Notes under the pieces: model-generated
Seen by the model: the letters and a program-made list of their open reading frames with translations, nothing else
What the model was told of the DNA's origin: nothing
Databases searched by the model: none
Position numbers and translations under genes: made by a program
Part shown: in pieces, positions 18,674-28,518 of the stretch
How positions within the stretch are numbered: position 1 is the first letter of the stretch
Layout of the letters: each line of letters starts with the position of its first letter
Source of the DNA: Candidatus Marinacidobacterium sp.
GTDB lineage: Bacteria > Acidobacteriota > Vicinamibacteria > Marinacidobacterales > Marinacidobacteraceae
DNA length: 64,000 bases
Assembly: GCA_965220965.1 (NCBI GenBank)
Contig: OZ244852.1
Span: 2,048,001-2,112,000, forward strand
Direction: 5' to 3'

Positions 18674-21600
18674 TCAGGGATCCGCGGCCGGGACGACGAC
18701 CCCCCGGACTCCGGCCTCGGCGAGCGCCTGGTTGAGCGCCCCGAGGTCGGGGCCGAGGAGGTCGGCGAGGCGGGTCAGAACCGGGGCCGCCTCGGCCTCG
18801 AGGTCGGCGAGCCGCTGGAAGGAGCCGCCGGTCGGGGGGCCGTAGTTCCGCGCCACGATGCTGTAGAGGTAGGCGACCTGGTTGTCGAGCCGGGGCGGGA
18901 AGTTCACGGTGTCCTGACCGGCCTCGGTCTCGGTCTGGATCAGGGTCTCCTCGATTTCGGTGAGCCCGGCGCCCAGCGCTTCGGCCTGCGCCTCGAGGTC
19001 ATCGCTCCAGCGCTCCGCCGCGCGGGCCCGCGCCTCGACCGCCGCGATCTGGCGGCGGGCCTCGCGGAGCGCGCCGATGCGGTCGTGGATCCGCTCGAGG
19101 AGCGCCTGGACGCGCTGGCCGAGCTCGTGCTGCTGGAGGAGCTCCGCCTCGGTGACGGAAACCCGGGGGTCCGCGGTCACCGCGAACGAGGCGGTTCCGG
19201 CGGATGACGCGGGGCCATCACCCTCGCTCCAGGTGAGTTCGGCGGTCCACCGCCCGGGAGGGACGAACGCGCCTCCGGTGTAGGAAATCGACATGAACGT
19301 GTCGTCCTGGAGCTTCGGCGGCCGGAACTTCAGATCCCAGGCGAGGCGATGGAGCCCGGCCTCGGTCTCGAGGACCGCCTCCCGCACATCGTCGTCGTCC
19401 TCGTCGGGCTCGGCGCCCGGGGCGGGCTTCCTGACGTATTCCCGCACGGTGGCGCCGGCCGCGTCCCGCACCACCAGCGAGGGCGACGCGTCGTCCGCCA
19501 GGTCCTCGGGGAGGTAGTAGTGGAGCAGCGCGCCGGAGGGGCGGTTCTCGGGCGCTCCCGGCCCCCGAAATCCCCGCCCGCCGCCGGTGGCCAGCCGCAC
19601 GGCGTCCCCCGCCGGGAACAGCGCCGGAGCGTCCCACGACCGGCCGGCGAATTCCGCGGCGAGCGCGCGCACCGGGGTCAGGTCGTCGAGCACCTGGAAG
19701 GAGCGTCCCTGCGTCGCCACCAGCAACTCGTCGCCGGCGACCTGCAGGTCGGTGATGGGCGTCGCCGGGATGTCCCCGAACGGGACGAAGACGCGGCCGC
19801 CGTCGAGGCTCAGGAACAGGCCGAACTCGGTCCCCAGGTAGAAGACGCCCCCGTTCTCCGGGTCTTCGCGGATCACCCGGGTCGGATGGCCCGCCGGGAT
19901 GCCTCCGTCCGCCCCGAGCCGGACCCACCGGGCGCCGAAGTCCTCGGTCCGGAAGACGTGGGGCTCGAAGTCGTTCTCGCGGTAGCGGTGGACCGCGATC
20001 GTCGCGCCGCCTTCGACATGCGGCGAGGACTCGATCATGTTGACCGTGCCGCCGGCGGGCATCTCCGGCGGGGTCACATCGACCCAGGCCGCACCCCGGT
20101 CGCGGGAGAGATGGACGCGGCCGTCGTCGGTTCCCGCCCAGAGAACCTCGGGCAGCAGCGGCGACTCGGCCAGCGCGAAGACCGTTCCGTAGACCTCGAC
20201 CCCGGTGTGGTCGTGCTGGACCGGCCCGCCGGGCAGCGGCATCTTCTCCTCGTCCCCCACCGTCAGGTCCGGCGACACGGTCTCCCACGAGAGGCCGCCG
20301 TCCCGCGTGCGGTGGACCTGGTGGGAGGCGTGGTAGACGAGCTCGTGGTCCCACCGGGACACCAGGATGGGGGCATTCCACTGGAACCGGTAGTTCAGGT
20401 CGCGCGGCGCCACCCCGTCGGCGAGCTCGGGATAGAGGATGACGTCGCGGGCGCCGGCCTCGTCGCGGTCCTGGCGCTCGATCTGACCGATGTAGTTCCC
20501 GGCGTAGGTCAGTTCCGGCCGGCCGGGGGTGACCCCGATGTGGCCGCTCTCGCCGCCGGCCACGTCGAGCCAGTGGGCTTCTGGGGAGAGGCCGCTGTCC
20601 GTCCACGACGGAACCGAGATCGTGGAGTTGTCCTGCTGCGCGCCGTAGAGCCGCCGGGGGAAGTCGTCGTCGATGGTCAGCCGGTAGAACTCGGCGGTGG
20701 GCTGGTTGTGGATCGAGGACCAGGTCGCGCCGCCGTCGAGGGTGACGACGGCGCCGCCATCGTTGGCCTCGACCATGATCCGGGAGTCGTCGGGGTTGAT
20801 CCAGAGGTCGTGGTGGTCCCCGTGGGGCGCGCTGACGGTCTGGAACGAGAGCCCGCCGTCCACCGACTTCAGGAAGGGAGCGTTCAGGACGTAGACGGTG
20901 TCCGGGTCAGTCGGATCGGCGACGACGTGCGCGTAGTACCAGCCGCGTCCCCGAAGGCGGCGGTCGCCGTTGATCCGGGTCCAGGCGTCCCCGCCGTCGT
21001 CGCTTCGGTAGAGCCCGCCGCGGTCGCCCGCGGCGGTCACCAGCGCGTAGACGCGGGCCGGATCGGAAGCGGCGATCGAGACCCCGATGCGGCCCACCGG
21101 CGCCTCTTCGGAGGCCGCCGGAAGCCCGCCGCCGACGCGCTCCCAGGTGTCGCCTCCATCCTCGCTGCGGAACAGTCCGCTCTCCGCTCCGCCGTCGATC
21201 AGCGTCCAGGGCTTCCGCTCCGCCTCCCAGATCGCGGCGAAGAGCCGGCGGGGGTTCGACGGATCCATGGCGAGCTCCACCGCCCCGGCGAGGTCGGACA
21301 CCTGGAGGACGGCCCGCCAGGTTCGTCCGCCGTCCTCGGTCCGGTAGACCCCGCGCTCTTCCGAGCGCCCGAAGATCTGGCCAAGCACCGCGACGAAGGC
21401 GCGGTCCGGATCGTCGGAGTCCACCACGATCCGGCCGATGAGCCCGGCGCGGGGGAGGCCCGCATGCGTCCAGGACCGACCGCCGTCGGTCGATCGGTAA
21501 ACCCCGTTCCCGATGGAGATATTCCCGCGCGGACAGGCGGATCCGGTTCCGACCCAGATGACCTCGGGATCCGAGGGCGCGACCGCGACCGCCCCGATGG

Positions 21601-21952
21601 AGCCCACCGCGAAGGCGTCATCCGAGACGTTCGTCCAGGACACGCCGGCGTTCTCGGTCTTCCACACGCCGCCGCCGGTGGAGCCCATCCAGAACTCGAA
21701 GGGGCGGCTCCGCACTCCGGTGACGGTCGTCACCCGGCCGCCGCGGGCCGGGCCGACGGCCCGGAAGTCGAAGCCGGAGAGCACGGCGGCGGGAACCGGG
21801 TAGTCCTCCGGAACCTGCGCGCGCTCCACCGGCCCCTGGGCGGACGCCGACGCCGCCGACAGGATGAGCACGGCAACGGCCAACCGGCCCAGCGGGCGGC
21901 GCGGCGACCTCGCCGCGCCAGGAGAACACTCGATCATCGGGGGTCGCGCCAT
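18674..21952 (-). CDS. Secreted VPS10/BNR (Asp-box) beta-propeller protein, glycosyl hydrolase-like
   Basis: Signal peptide, GPARGGRV, many S/TxDGGxTW Asp-boxes, HGDHHDLWINP, YRFQWNAPI, C-terminal helical region. Confidence 0.85.
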   Translation of the reverse strand: MARPPMIECSPGAARSPRRPLGRLAVAVLILSAASASAQGPVERAQVPEDYPVPAAVLSGFDFRAVGPARGGRVTTVTGVRSRPFEFWMGSTGGGVWKTENAGVSWTNVSDDAFAVGSIGAVAVAPSDPEVIWVGTGSACPRGNISIGNGVYRSTDGGRSWTHAGLPRAGLIGRIVVDSDDPDRAFVAVLGQIFGRSEERGVYRTEDGGRTWRAVLQVSDLAGAVELAMDPSNPRRLFAAIWEAERKPWTLIDGGAESGLFRSEDGGDTWERVGGGLPAASEEAPVGRIGVSIAASDPARVYALVTAAGDRGGLYRSDDGGDAWTRINGDRRLRGRGWYYAHVVADPTDPDTVYVLNAPFLKSVDGGLSFQTVSAPHGDHHDLWINPDDSRIMVEANDGGAVVTLDGGATWSSIHNQPTAEFYRLTIDDDFPRRLYGAQQDNSTISVPSWTDSGLSPEAHWLDVAGGESGHIGVTPGRPELTYAGNYIGQIERQDRDEAGARDVILYPELADGVAPRDLNYRFQWNAPILVSRWDHELVYHASHQVHRTRDGGLSWETVSPDLTVGDEEKMPLPGGPVQHDHTGVEVYGTVFALAESPLLPEVLWAGTDDGRVHLSRDRGAAWVDVTPPEMPAGGTVNMIESSPHVEGGATIAVHRYRENDFEPHVFRTEDFGARWVRLGADGGIPAGHPTRVIREDPENGGVFYLGTEFGLFLSLDGGRVFVPFGDIPATPITDLQVAGDELLVATQGRSFQVLDDLTPVRALAAEFAGRSWDAPALFPAGDAVRLATGGGRGFRGPGAPENRPSGALLHYYLPEDLADDASPSLVVRDAAGATVREYVRKPAPGAEPDEDDDDVREAVLETEAGLHRLAWDLKFRPPKLQDDTFMSISYTGGAFVPPGRWTAELTWSEGDGPASSAGTASFAVTADPRVSVTEAELLQQHELGQRVQALLERIHDRIGALREARRQIAAVEARARAAERWSDDLEAQAEALGAGLTEIEETLIQTETEAGQDTVNFPPRLDNQVAYLYSIVARNYGPPTGGSFQRLADLEAEAAPVLTRLADLLGPDLGALNQALAEAGVRGVVVPAADP

Positions 21953-22029
21953 GGCGCGGCGATTCTAGGACCGCAGGGACGGACGCATGCTGAGCCGCCG
22001 TCGGCGCCAGGACGGCGACGTCAGCGGAT

Positions 22030-22045
22030 ATAGCGGATACGCTAT
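22030..22045 (+). promoter_or_regulatory. Palindromic operator ATAGCG-N4-CGCTAT upstream of HTH antitoxin-like gene
   Basis: Perfect 6-bp inverted repeat in an AT-richer patch about 30 bp upstream of the ATG at 22075. Confidence 0.5.
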
Positions 22046-22074
22046 GTTCGAACAACGTTGGCGCAGGTCCTCCC

Positions 22075-22340
22075 ATGACCAGACTCAAACGCCTTAAGGC
22101 GCGCTTCATGGAGGATCCCGAATTCCGGGACGAATACGCGCGCGCTGACGAGGAGTACGCGCTCGTGGAGGCGCTGGTCCGCGCCCGCGGGGCGGCGAAA
22201 CTCACGCAAGCGGAGCTCGCCCGGCGTATGGGCACGACCCGGTCGGCGAACGCCGGTCGCCGTCGTTCGCGACGCTCCGGCGCTACGCCGAGGCGACCGG
22301 CGCGCGGCTCTCCGTGAGCCTGGCGCCGGCCGACGGCTGA
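22075..22340 (+). pseudogene. Frameshifted XRE-family HTH (HigA-like antitoxin) gene
   Basis: MTRLKRLKARFMEDPEFRDEY...LTQAELARRMGTT. The expected C-terminus SPSFATLRRYAEATGARLSVSL* lies in another frame ending at 22340, and the ARLE segment of the recognition helix is missing. Confidence 0.75.
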
Positions 22341-22355
22341 CCCGCCCGACCGCGC

Positions 22356-23438
22356 TCAGGCCGGGGCCTCGTCCATCCGCTCCACCAGCATGGCATCGCC
22401 GTAGGAGTGGAACCGGTATCCGGCGCGGACGGCCTCGCGGTAGGCGGCGAGCACCGGCTCGCGTCCGGCGAGGGCGGCGACCAGCATGAGGAGCGAGCTG
22501 CGCGGGAGATGGAAGTTCGTGACGAGCGCCGAGATGACCCCGAACCGGTGGCCGGGCAGGATCCGGAGCGAGGTGGCGCGGGAGGCGGGTCCCGGTTCGA
22601 GCACGCCCGGGGTCTCGAGCGCGCGCACCGTGGTCGTTCCCACCGCGACGACCCGCCGACCCGCCTCGAGGGCGTCCCGGATGGCGCGCCGGCTGGCGTC
22701 CGACAGGTGGAACCGTTCGCTTCCGAGTTCGTGCTCGCGCGGGTCCTCGGCGCGCACCGGGGCGAACGTGCCGTAGCCGATGTGAAGCGTCAGGTCCGCC
22801 ACCTCCACCCCGCGCCGCCGCAGCGCTTCGAACACCCCGTCGTCGAAGTGGAGGCCGGCGGTGGGCGCGGCGGCGGACCCTGAAGCCGCCGCGTAGACGG
22901 TCTGGTAGCGCTCCCGGTCCGCGGCCTCGAACCGCGCGGCGTCCGGGCCCTGGCGGCGGATGTAGGGAGGCAGCGGCGTGCTTCCCGCCCGTTCGGCGAG
23001 TTCGATGGGGGTCACGGTCCGGTCGAGGATCCGGATGCGGCGCCGACCTCCGCCGAGGGGTTCCCCGGCCTCGAGCCCGATTCCGCCCGCTTCGAGCCGC
23101 GTCCCGGGGCGCAGCGCGGGCCGGGTGAGCGCTTCGAAGGACGACGGGGCTTCGGGGGCCGGAGCGTCGCCCACCAAAGGACCACCGGGAAGCACCAGGA
23201 TCTCGACCCGCCCTCCGCTGGGGACCCGCTTCGCCTCCACCCGCGCCGGGACGACCCGCGTGGTGTTCCGGACGAGCAGGTCGCCGGCGGCAAGAAGCGA
23301 CGGGAGATCGGAGAAACGGTGGTGGCCGCGCGAACCGTCCGGACGCAGGTGAAGCAGCCGCGACGCGCTGCGGACCGCGGCCGGGTGCTGGGCCACCCGG
23401 TCGGGGGGCAGCTCGAAGTCGAAATCCGAGGTCCGCAT
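22356..23438 (-). CDS. queA: S-adenosylmethionine:tRNA ribosyltransferase-isomerase
   Basis: DFDFELP, PLPPYI, YQTVYA, AAPTAGLHF, LHIGYGTF, VGTTTVRALE, TNFHLPRSSL, SYGDAM. Confidence 0.95.
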   Translation of the reverse strand: MRTSDFDFELPPDRVAQHPAAVRSASRLLHLRPDGSRGHHRFSDLPSLLAAGDLLVRNTTRVVPARVEAKRVPSGGRVEILVLPGGPLVGDAPAPEAPSSFEALTRPALRPGTRLEAGGIGLEAGEPLGGGRRRIRILDRTVTPIELAERAGSTPLPPYIRRQGPDAARFEAADRERYQTVYAAASGSAAAPTAGLHFDDGVFEALRRRGVEVADLTLHIGYGTFAPVRAEDPREHELGSERFHLSDASRRAIRDALEAGRRVVAVGTTTVRALETPGVLEPGPASRATSLRILPGHRFGVISALVTNFHLPRSSLLMLVAALAGREPVLAAYREAVRAGYRFHSYGDAMLVERMDEAPA

Positions 23439-23457
23439 GAACGCGGATGGGCCCGGC

Positions 23458-24498
23458 TCAGAGGTCGCCGGAGTCTCCCGGCGCCGGGAAGAGCGTCCCC
23501 GCCGGAAGCGCCGCTTCGCGGCCGAGGTGGCGGGCGCCCCGAGTCGTGATCATGCGGCCGCGCGCCGTCCGGCGCAGGAAGCCCCGGAAGATCATGAACG
23601 GCTCGTGGACTTCCTCGAGGGTGCGGTTGTCCATGCCCACGGTGGCGGCCAGGTTCGCGAGCCCCACCGGGCCGCCCGCGAAGTTGTCGAGCACGCTCTC
23701 GAGGATCTTCCGGTCGAAGCGGTCGAGCCCCTCCTCGTCCACCTGCGCCACATCGAGCAGCGCGAGCGCCGCGTTCCGGTCGACGGTTCCGGAGCCCTTC
23801 ACCTGGGCCCAGTCGCGCACCCGCCGAAGCAGGTTGTTCGCCACCCTCGGCGTGCCCCGCGAGCGGCTCGCGATCTCGACCGCCGCCTCGGAGGAGAGCG
23901 GCGCGCCGAGCACTCCCGCGGCCCGCTCGAGCACCCGCTGGATGTCGCCGGCGGCGTAGAACTCGAGCTGGTGGACCAGCGGGAAGCGGTCGCGGAGCGG
24001 TCCGGTGAGCAGGTCGGCGCGGGTCGTGGCGCCGATGAGGGTGAACGGCGGCAGGTCGATCCGGAGGGTGTGCGCCCCGAGCTTCTCCCCCACCATGATG
24101 TTCACGTAGCGGTCCTCCATCGCGGGGTAGAGGACCTCGGCCACCGCCGGTCCGAGCCGGTGGATCTCGTCCACGAAGAGCACGTCGCGCGGACCCAGCG
24201 CATTCAGCAGGGCCACCATGTCCCCGGTCCGGGGAATCAGCGGCCCGGCCGAGATGTGCATCGTGACCCCGAGCTCGTTCGCCAGCACGGCGGCGAGCGA
24301 GGTCTTGCCGAGGCCCGGCGGCCCGTGGAGGAGGACGTGGTCCATCGCATCGCCGCGGGCGGAGGCCGCGCGGACGCTGATCTCCAACTGGTCCACGACG
24401 GCGCGCTGGCCGATGTAGTCGGAGAAATCCCGGGGACGCAGCGTCCGGTGGAACTCCTCGTGGTCCCGGCCGCCGCCGTCAGCCAGTCCCGGGGGCAT
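23458..24498 (-). CDS. ruvB: Holliday junction branch migration ATPase RuvB
   Basis: LRPRDFSDYIGQ, LLHGPPGLGKT, FVDEIHRL, LYPAMED, GATTR, PLRDRF, SRGTPRVANNLLRRVRD. ATG at 24498. Confidence 0.95.
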   Translation of the reverse strand: MPPGLADGGGRDHEEFHRTLRPRDFSDYIGQRAVVDQLEISVRAASARGDAMDHVLLHGPPGLGKTSLAAVLANELGVTMHISAGPLIPRTGDMVALLNALGPRDVLFVDEIHRLGPAVAEVLYPAMEDRYVNIMVGEKLGAHTLRIDLPPFTLIGATTRADLLTGPLRDRFPLVHQLEFYAAGDIQRVLERAAGVLGAPLSSEAAVEIASRSRGTPRVANNLLRRVRDWAQVKGSGTVDRNAALALLDVAQVDEEGLDRFDRKILESVLDNFAGGPVGLANLAATVGMDNRTLEEVHEPFMIFRGFLRRTARGRMITTRGARHLGREAALPAGTLFPAPGDSGDL

Positions 24499-26504
24499 CA
24501 GTGCTCCCGCTGGCGGCGATCGTCCGGGAGCGAGGTGAACTCGCCCGACTCGGCTTCCGGCGCCGGCAGCCGCAGGATGCGCATCAGGTCGAGCGCGTTC
24601 CCGTGGGGGAGCACCCCGTCCCGGAGCTGGTAGTCGAACTCCATCCGGCCGCCCGCGATCCGCTCGCGGAAGTGCATGTTCCTGACGCGCCCCGGAAGCT
24701 CGTGCTCGAGCTCGACGAGCGCCAGGTCGTGGGTCGTGAGGACCCCCACCGCGCCGCGCTGGGCCAGCTCGCGCACCAGGGCCTGCGCCGCCAGCCGCCG
24801 GTCGTTGGAGTTCGTGCCCTGGAGGACTTCGTCGAGAAGGAACAGAAGCGGCTCTTCCGCGGAGCCGGTGTCCAGAACGGCGCGGAGGGCGAGCAGTTCG
24901 GCGAGGAAGCGGGAGACGCCGTCCTGGAGCGAGTCGTGGACGGCGATCGAGGCGCCGAGAGCGAGGGGGCCGATCAGGAACCGGCTGGCCGCCACCGGGG
25001 CGCCCATCCGGGCGAGAACGAAGTTCGCGCCGATGGCCCGCAGGAGCGTGCTCTTGCCCGCCATGTTGGACCCGGTGACGACGAGCATTTCCGCCTCGCC
25101 GCGGCCGAGCTTCACCGAGTTGCGCTGCAGGCGCCCCTCCGGAATCAGCGGGTGCCCGAGGTGGAGGGCCTCGAGGCCGGGGACGTCGTCGAAATCGGCG
25201 AACACGTGGCCGGGGCGCTCCGCCGCGTACTGGGCCATGGCGAGGATCGCGTCGAACTCTCCCGCCGCCCGCCGCCAGTCCACCAGCGCGGCGCCGTGCC
25301 GCTCCCTCCAGCGGTCGAGCGCCCGCTCGTGATGGCTGCCCCAGAAACCGAACGCCGCAAAGGGGGCGAACATCGGGTTGCGTCGCCACTGCATCATCGT
25401 CTGCAGCCGCTGGAGCTTCCGGAGCGGAGCGGGCGCCTCGCTCAGGCGCTCGCCCAGCCGGCGGAGCAGAGGGGCCTCGAACTCCCCGGCGAGAAGGATC
25501 CGGGCGATCTCGAGCGTCGGCGCGGTTTCCCGGGCCACGTGCCGGACCGTCTGTTCGTGACGCCTCACCCGCGTCCGGTTCCACAGGCCGACGCCGACGG
25601 AGACCCACACCGGGACGACGAAGAACAGCGGCCCCGCAGCGCCGGTGAGCCAGGCCGCGAGCCCGCCCCCCATCGCGGCGGTCAGCAGCGTGAAGGCGGG
25701 GGTGAGCCAGCGCCTGATCTTCGGCGGAAGGGGCTGCGGAAAGGGGAACTGCGGCGCGTCGTCCCCCGCCCCGGGCGCGGTGGCCGGCGACCCGTCGGGA
25801 GGCGGCCCAAGCCAGGTCATGACCATGGCGAAGTCGGCGAGCGGCCAGGGGGTCAGCGCCCCGGTCTCCGCAACGGCGTCCCGGAGATCGCCGCGGGGGG
25901 TCAACTCGCGGATGGCGGCCTGTCGGGCGCGGGCCGCTTCGACCGGGGCGGGGTGGAGCATCCAGTCCGCCAGAACCTCGCCCCCGGCGTCGGTGCGCCA
26001 GTCGGCCAGCCGGTCGAAGAGCTGTCCGATGCCGAACAGGTCGAGATGCCGGTCGAGCCCCGGCTTGCCGAGCTGGCGGATCCGGCGGTTCCGCTCCGCG
26101 AGCCGCTCCTCGTCGCGCCGGTCGAGCTGCCGGACCGGCGCCTCCCCGGTCCGGAGGACATCCTCCGGCTTCGCCTCGTCGACTTCCTCTTCGTCGTCCC
26201 GGTCGACCCGCTTCGCCGCCCGGTGGTAGAGCTCGGCGACGTGCTGACGGCGAATGGCCTGCCGAAGCACCCGGTCGTGCTGAACCGCAATCGCCACAAA
26301 CGAGGCGAGCGGCAGGAGCAGGACCCACCACAGGGTCCAGTCGGTCCGCAGCCCGAGCGCCATGCCGACACCCAGGGCCACGACCAGAACCCGCCCCCGG
26401 GAGAGCCACCGCCCGTGGCGGAAGAGCTTCTCGGCGCGACCCACTTCCTCGCGGGTGCGATCCCACCAGGAGTGGACCGGGTCCACGAACAGCGGCCGGC
26501 TCAT
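24498..26504 (-). CDS. Membrane-anchored MutS-like ATPase (TM hairpins + MutS domain V)
   Basis: GHPLI, VTGSNMAGKSTLLR, DSLQDGVSRFLAEL, LLDEVLQGTNSNDR, TTHDL, FDYQLRDG. Two hydrophobic hairpins and no mismatch-binding domain. Confidence 0.85.
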   Translation of the reverse strand: MSRPLFVDPVHSWWDRTREEVGRAEKLFRHGRWLSRGRVLVVALGVGMALGLRTDWTLWWVLLLPLASFVAIAVQHDRVLRQAIRRQHVAELYHRAAKRVDRDDEEEVDEAKPEDVLRTGEAPVRQLDRRDEERLAERNRRIRQLGKPGLDRHLDLFGIGQLFDRLADWRTDAGGEVLADWMLHPAPVEAARARQAAIRELTPRGDLRDAVAETGALTPWPLADFAMVMTWLGPPPDGSPATAPGAGDDAPQFPFPQPLPPKIRRWLTPAFTLLTAAMGGGLAAWLTGAAGPLFFVVPVWVSVGVGLWNRTRVRRHEQTVRHVARETAPTLEIARILLAGEFEAPLLRRLGERLSEAPAPLRKLQRLQTMMQWRRNPMFAPFAAFGFWGSHHERALDRWRERHGAALVDWRRAAGEFDAILAMAQYAAERPGHVFADFDDVPGLEALHLGHPLIPEGRLQRNSVKLGRGEAEMLVVTGSNMAGKSTLLRAIGANFVLARMGAPVAASRFLIGPLALGASIAVHDSLQDGVSRFLAELLALRAVLDTGSAEEPLLFLLDEVLQGTNSNDRRLAAQALVRELAQRGAVGVLTTHDLALVELEHELPGRVRNMHFRERIAGGRMEFDYQLRDGVLPHGNALDLMRILRLPAPEAESGEFTSLPDDRRQREH

Positions 26505-27121
26505 TGGCTTCTCCGCGCCGCCACCCGGCCGATGGCCTGGCGGAACTGGGCTTCGAGGGTTTCGTCCGGGCTCTCGGAGAGGACCGAAGCGACGACCTCC
26601 TCGATCCGGCGGCGATCGGCGAACTGGAGGTTCATCAGCGCGCTCACCAGGTCCTGGCGCCGCAGATCGGCCGCCGAAGCCTCGGGTTCCGGGCCGCCGG
26701 GGGCGTCCGTGGCCAGATCGTCAGGCAGAGACTCCGCCAGCTCGGTGATCACCCGGCGGGCGATCCGCAGCCCGACGCCGGGCGCGCCCTGGAGGCGCTT
26801 CACGTCCTTCGCCCGGATCGCCTCGCGGAGGCGTCCCGGAGTCAGCGCGAGCAGATTCAGGGCGACCGCCGGTCCGACGCCGCTGATGCTCCGGAGCCGG
26901 TCGAACAGGTCCGCCTCCTCGGAACTCCCGAACCCGTAGAGCACGAACCCGTCGTCGCGATGGACCAGGGTCCGCGCCACCAGCGTGGCTTCCGCTCCCG
27001 GGCCGGGGAGGCGGGCTTCCGCCCCGGCGGATGTCTGGAGCCGGAACCCGACACCGCCGACCTCGAGGAGCACCGAGCCCTCGGAGGTCTCGACGACCGC
27101 GCCCCGGAGCCGCTCGATCAC
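26501..27121 (-). CDS. ruvA: Holliday junction DNA-binding protein RuvA
   Basis: MIERLRG, EVGGVGF, LYGF, HhH motifs ISGVGP and APGVG. Follows ruvC. Confidence 0.9.
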   Translation of the reverse strand: MIERLRGAVVETSEGSVLLEVGGVGFRLQTSAGAEARLPGPGAEATLVARTLVHRDDGFVLYGFGSSEEADLFDRLRSISGVGPAVALNLLALTPGRLREAIRAKDVKRLQGAPGVGLRIARRVITELAESLPDDLATDAPGGPEPEASAADLRRQDLVSALMNLQFADRRRIEEVVASVLSESPDETLEAQFRQAIGRVAARRSQ

Positions 27122-27627
27122 CCTCTGCTCCCCGGCGCGACCGGCCGGGCCCGGGCGAGGCGCATCGCGGCCCGCCGGGCGTCGAGGTGGGTGACCGCCA
27201 CCGCGAGCGCGTCCGCCGCATCCTCCTGCGCGGGCGCCTCGGCGAGCCCGAGGCGCCGCGCCACCATGCGCGCCACCGCGGGTTTTTCCGCCGCGCCGTA
27301 GCCGGTGAGGGCCTGCTTCACCGCGCGCGGCGCGTACTCGGCGAGCCGCAGTCCCGAGAGCGCCACCAGCACCGCCCCCCGAGCGTGGCCCAGGGTCAGC
27401 GCCGAGCCCGCGCTCCGGGCGGAGAAGACCGACTCGACCGCCGCCTCCTCGGGGGTGAACCGCCCCACGACGTCCCGGACGCCGTCGTGGAGACGGCGGA
27501 GCCGATCCACCAGCGCCTCGCCCCGGGGACAGCGGACCACCCCGAAATCCACCGCCGTCAGACGGCCGTCAGTCTCCGAGACCACGCCCCAGCCGGTGAT
27601 CCGGGAGCCGGGATCCACGCCGAGCAC
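27118..27627 (-). CDS. ruvC: Crossover junction endodeoxyribonuclease RuvC
   Basis: LGVDPGSRITGWGV, AVESVF, LGHARG, VKQALTGYGAAEK, DAADALAVA. The start may be further upstream (frame open to 27684). Confidence 0.93.
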   Translation of the reverse strand: MLGVDPGSRITGWGVVSETDGRLTAVDFGVVRCPRGEALVDRLRRLHDGVRDVVGRFTPEEAAVESVFSARSAGSALTLGHARGAVLVALSGLRLAEYAPRAVKQALTGYGAAEKPAVARMVARRLGLAEAPAQEDAADALAVAVTHLDARRAAMRLARARPVAPGSRG

Positions 27628-27680
27628 GCGGAGGGTTTCGCCCGCCGCGCTCCCGTCGCCGTGGGGACCGTCCGCTGACT

Positions 27681-28427
27681 TCAGGAGGCGGCCTCGAGAT
27701 CGTCCTCGTCGAGGTCGCAGTTGGCCCAGACATGGGTCACGTCCTCGTGGTCCTCGAGCGCCTCGAGCAGCCGCAGGACGCGCGAAACATCGCCCCCCCG
27801 GACCTGAACGTGCTGGGTCGGGAGCATCGCGATCTCTTCGCTCTCGCGGGCGATCCCGTCGGCCTCGAGCGCGTCGCGCACCGCCCCGAAGGCCTCCGGC
27901 GGGGTGCGCACATCCCAGTGCTCTCCCTCGTCCAGCACGTCGTCGGCGCCGTGCGCCAGCACGAGCTCGATCAGGTCGTCCTCGGTGGCCTGGTCCTTGG
28001 GGATGAGGAACTGCCCCGCCTTCTCGAACATCCAGTTCACCGAACCGCTCTCGCCGAGGTTGCCGCCGTGCTTGGAGAACAGGTGGCGGACATCGCTCAC
28101 GGTGCGGTTTCGGTTGTCGGTGGCGGCCTGCACGAAGACCGCCACCCCTCCAGCGGCGTATCCCTCGTAGCTGGCGTCCTCCAGCCGGAACCCTTCGAGT
28201 TCGCCCGTCCCCTTCTTGACCGCCCGATCGATGCTGTCACGCGGCACGTTGCCGGCCTTGGCCTTCTCGACGGCGAGGCGCAGGCGGGGGTTGAACTGGA
28301 GGTCGCCGCCTCCGAGGCGGGCGGCCATCGTGACCTCCTTCAGGAGGCGGGTGAACGCCTTGCCCCGCTTCGCGTCGACGATCGCCTTCTTGTGGCGGAT
28401 CGAATGCCACTTGCTGTGTCCCGACAC
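27681..28427 (-). CDS. yebC: YebC/PmpR family protein
   Basis: MSGHSKW, NPRLR, YEGY, TDNRNRT, LEDHEDV. Canonical position upstream of ruvC. Confidence 0.95.
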   Translation of the reverse strand: MSGHSKWHSIRHKKAIVDAKRGKAFTRLLKEVTMAARLGGGDLQFNPRLRLAVEKAKAGNVPRDSIDRAVKKGTGELEGFRLEDASYEGYAAGGVAVFVQAATDNRNRTVSDVRHLFSKHGGNLGESGSVNWMFEKAGQFLIPKDQATEDDLIELVLAHGADDVLDEGEHWDVRTPPEAFGAVRDALEADGIARESEEIAMLPTQHVQVRGGDVSRVLRLLEALEDHEDVTHVWANCDLDEDDLEAAS

Positions 28428-28518
28428 GAAACGACGACGACTCCCTCACTCCGGCCCCGGGACGCGGCGGCGACACCGGACGGCCGGGCAGCATCCTACC
28501 CCACGTCGGAGCGCCCGA

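Noticed and set aside
23458-26466. Apparent 1002-aa RuvB fusion
   Set aside because: The N-terminal 655 aa are an alternative frame over the MutS-like gene; RuvB homology starts at ATG 24498.
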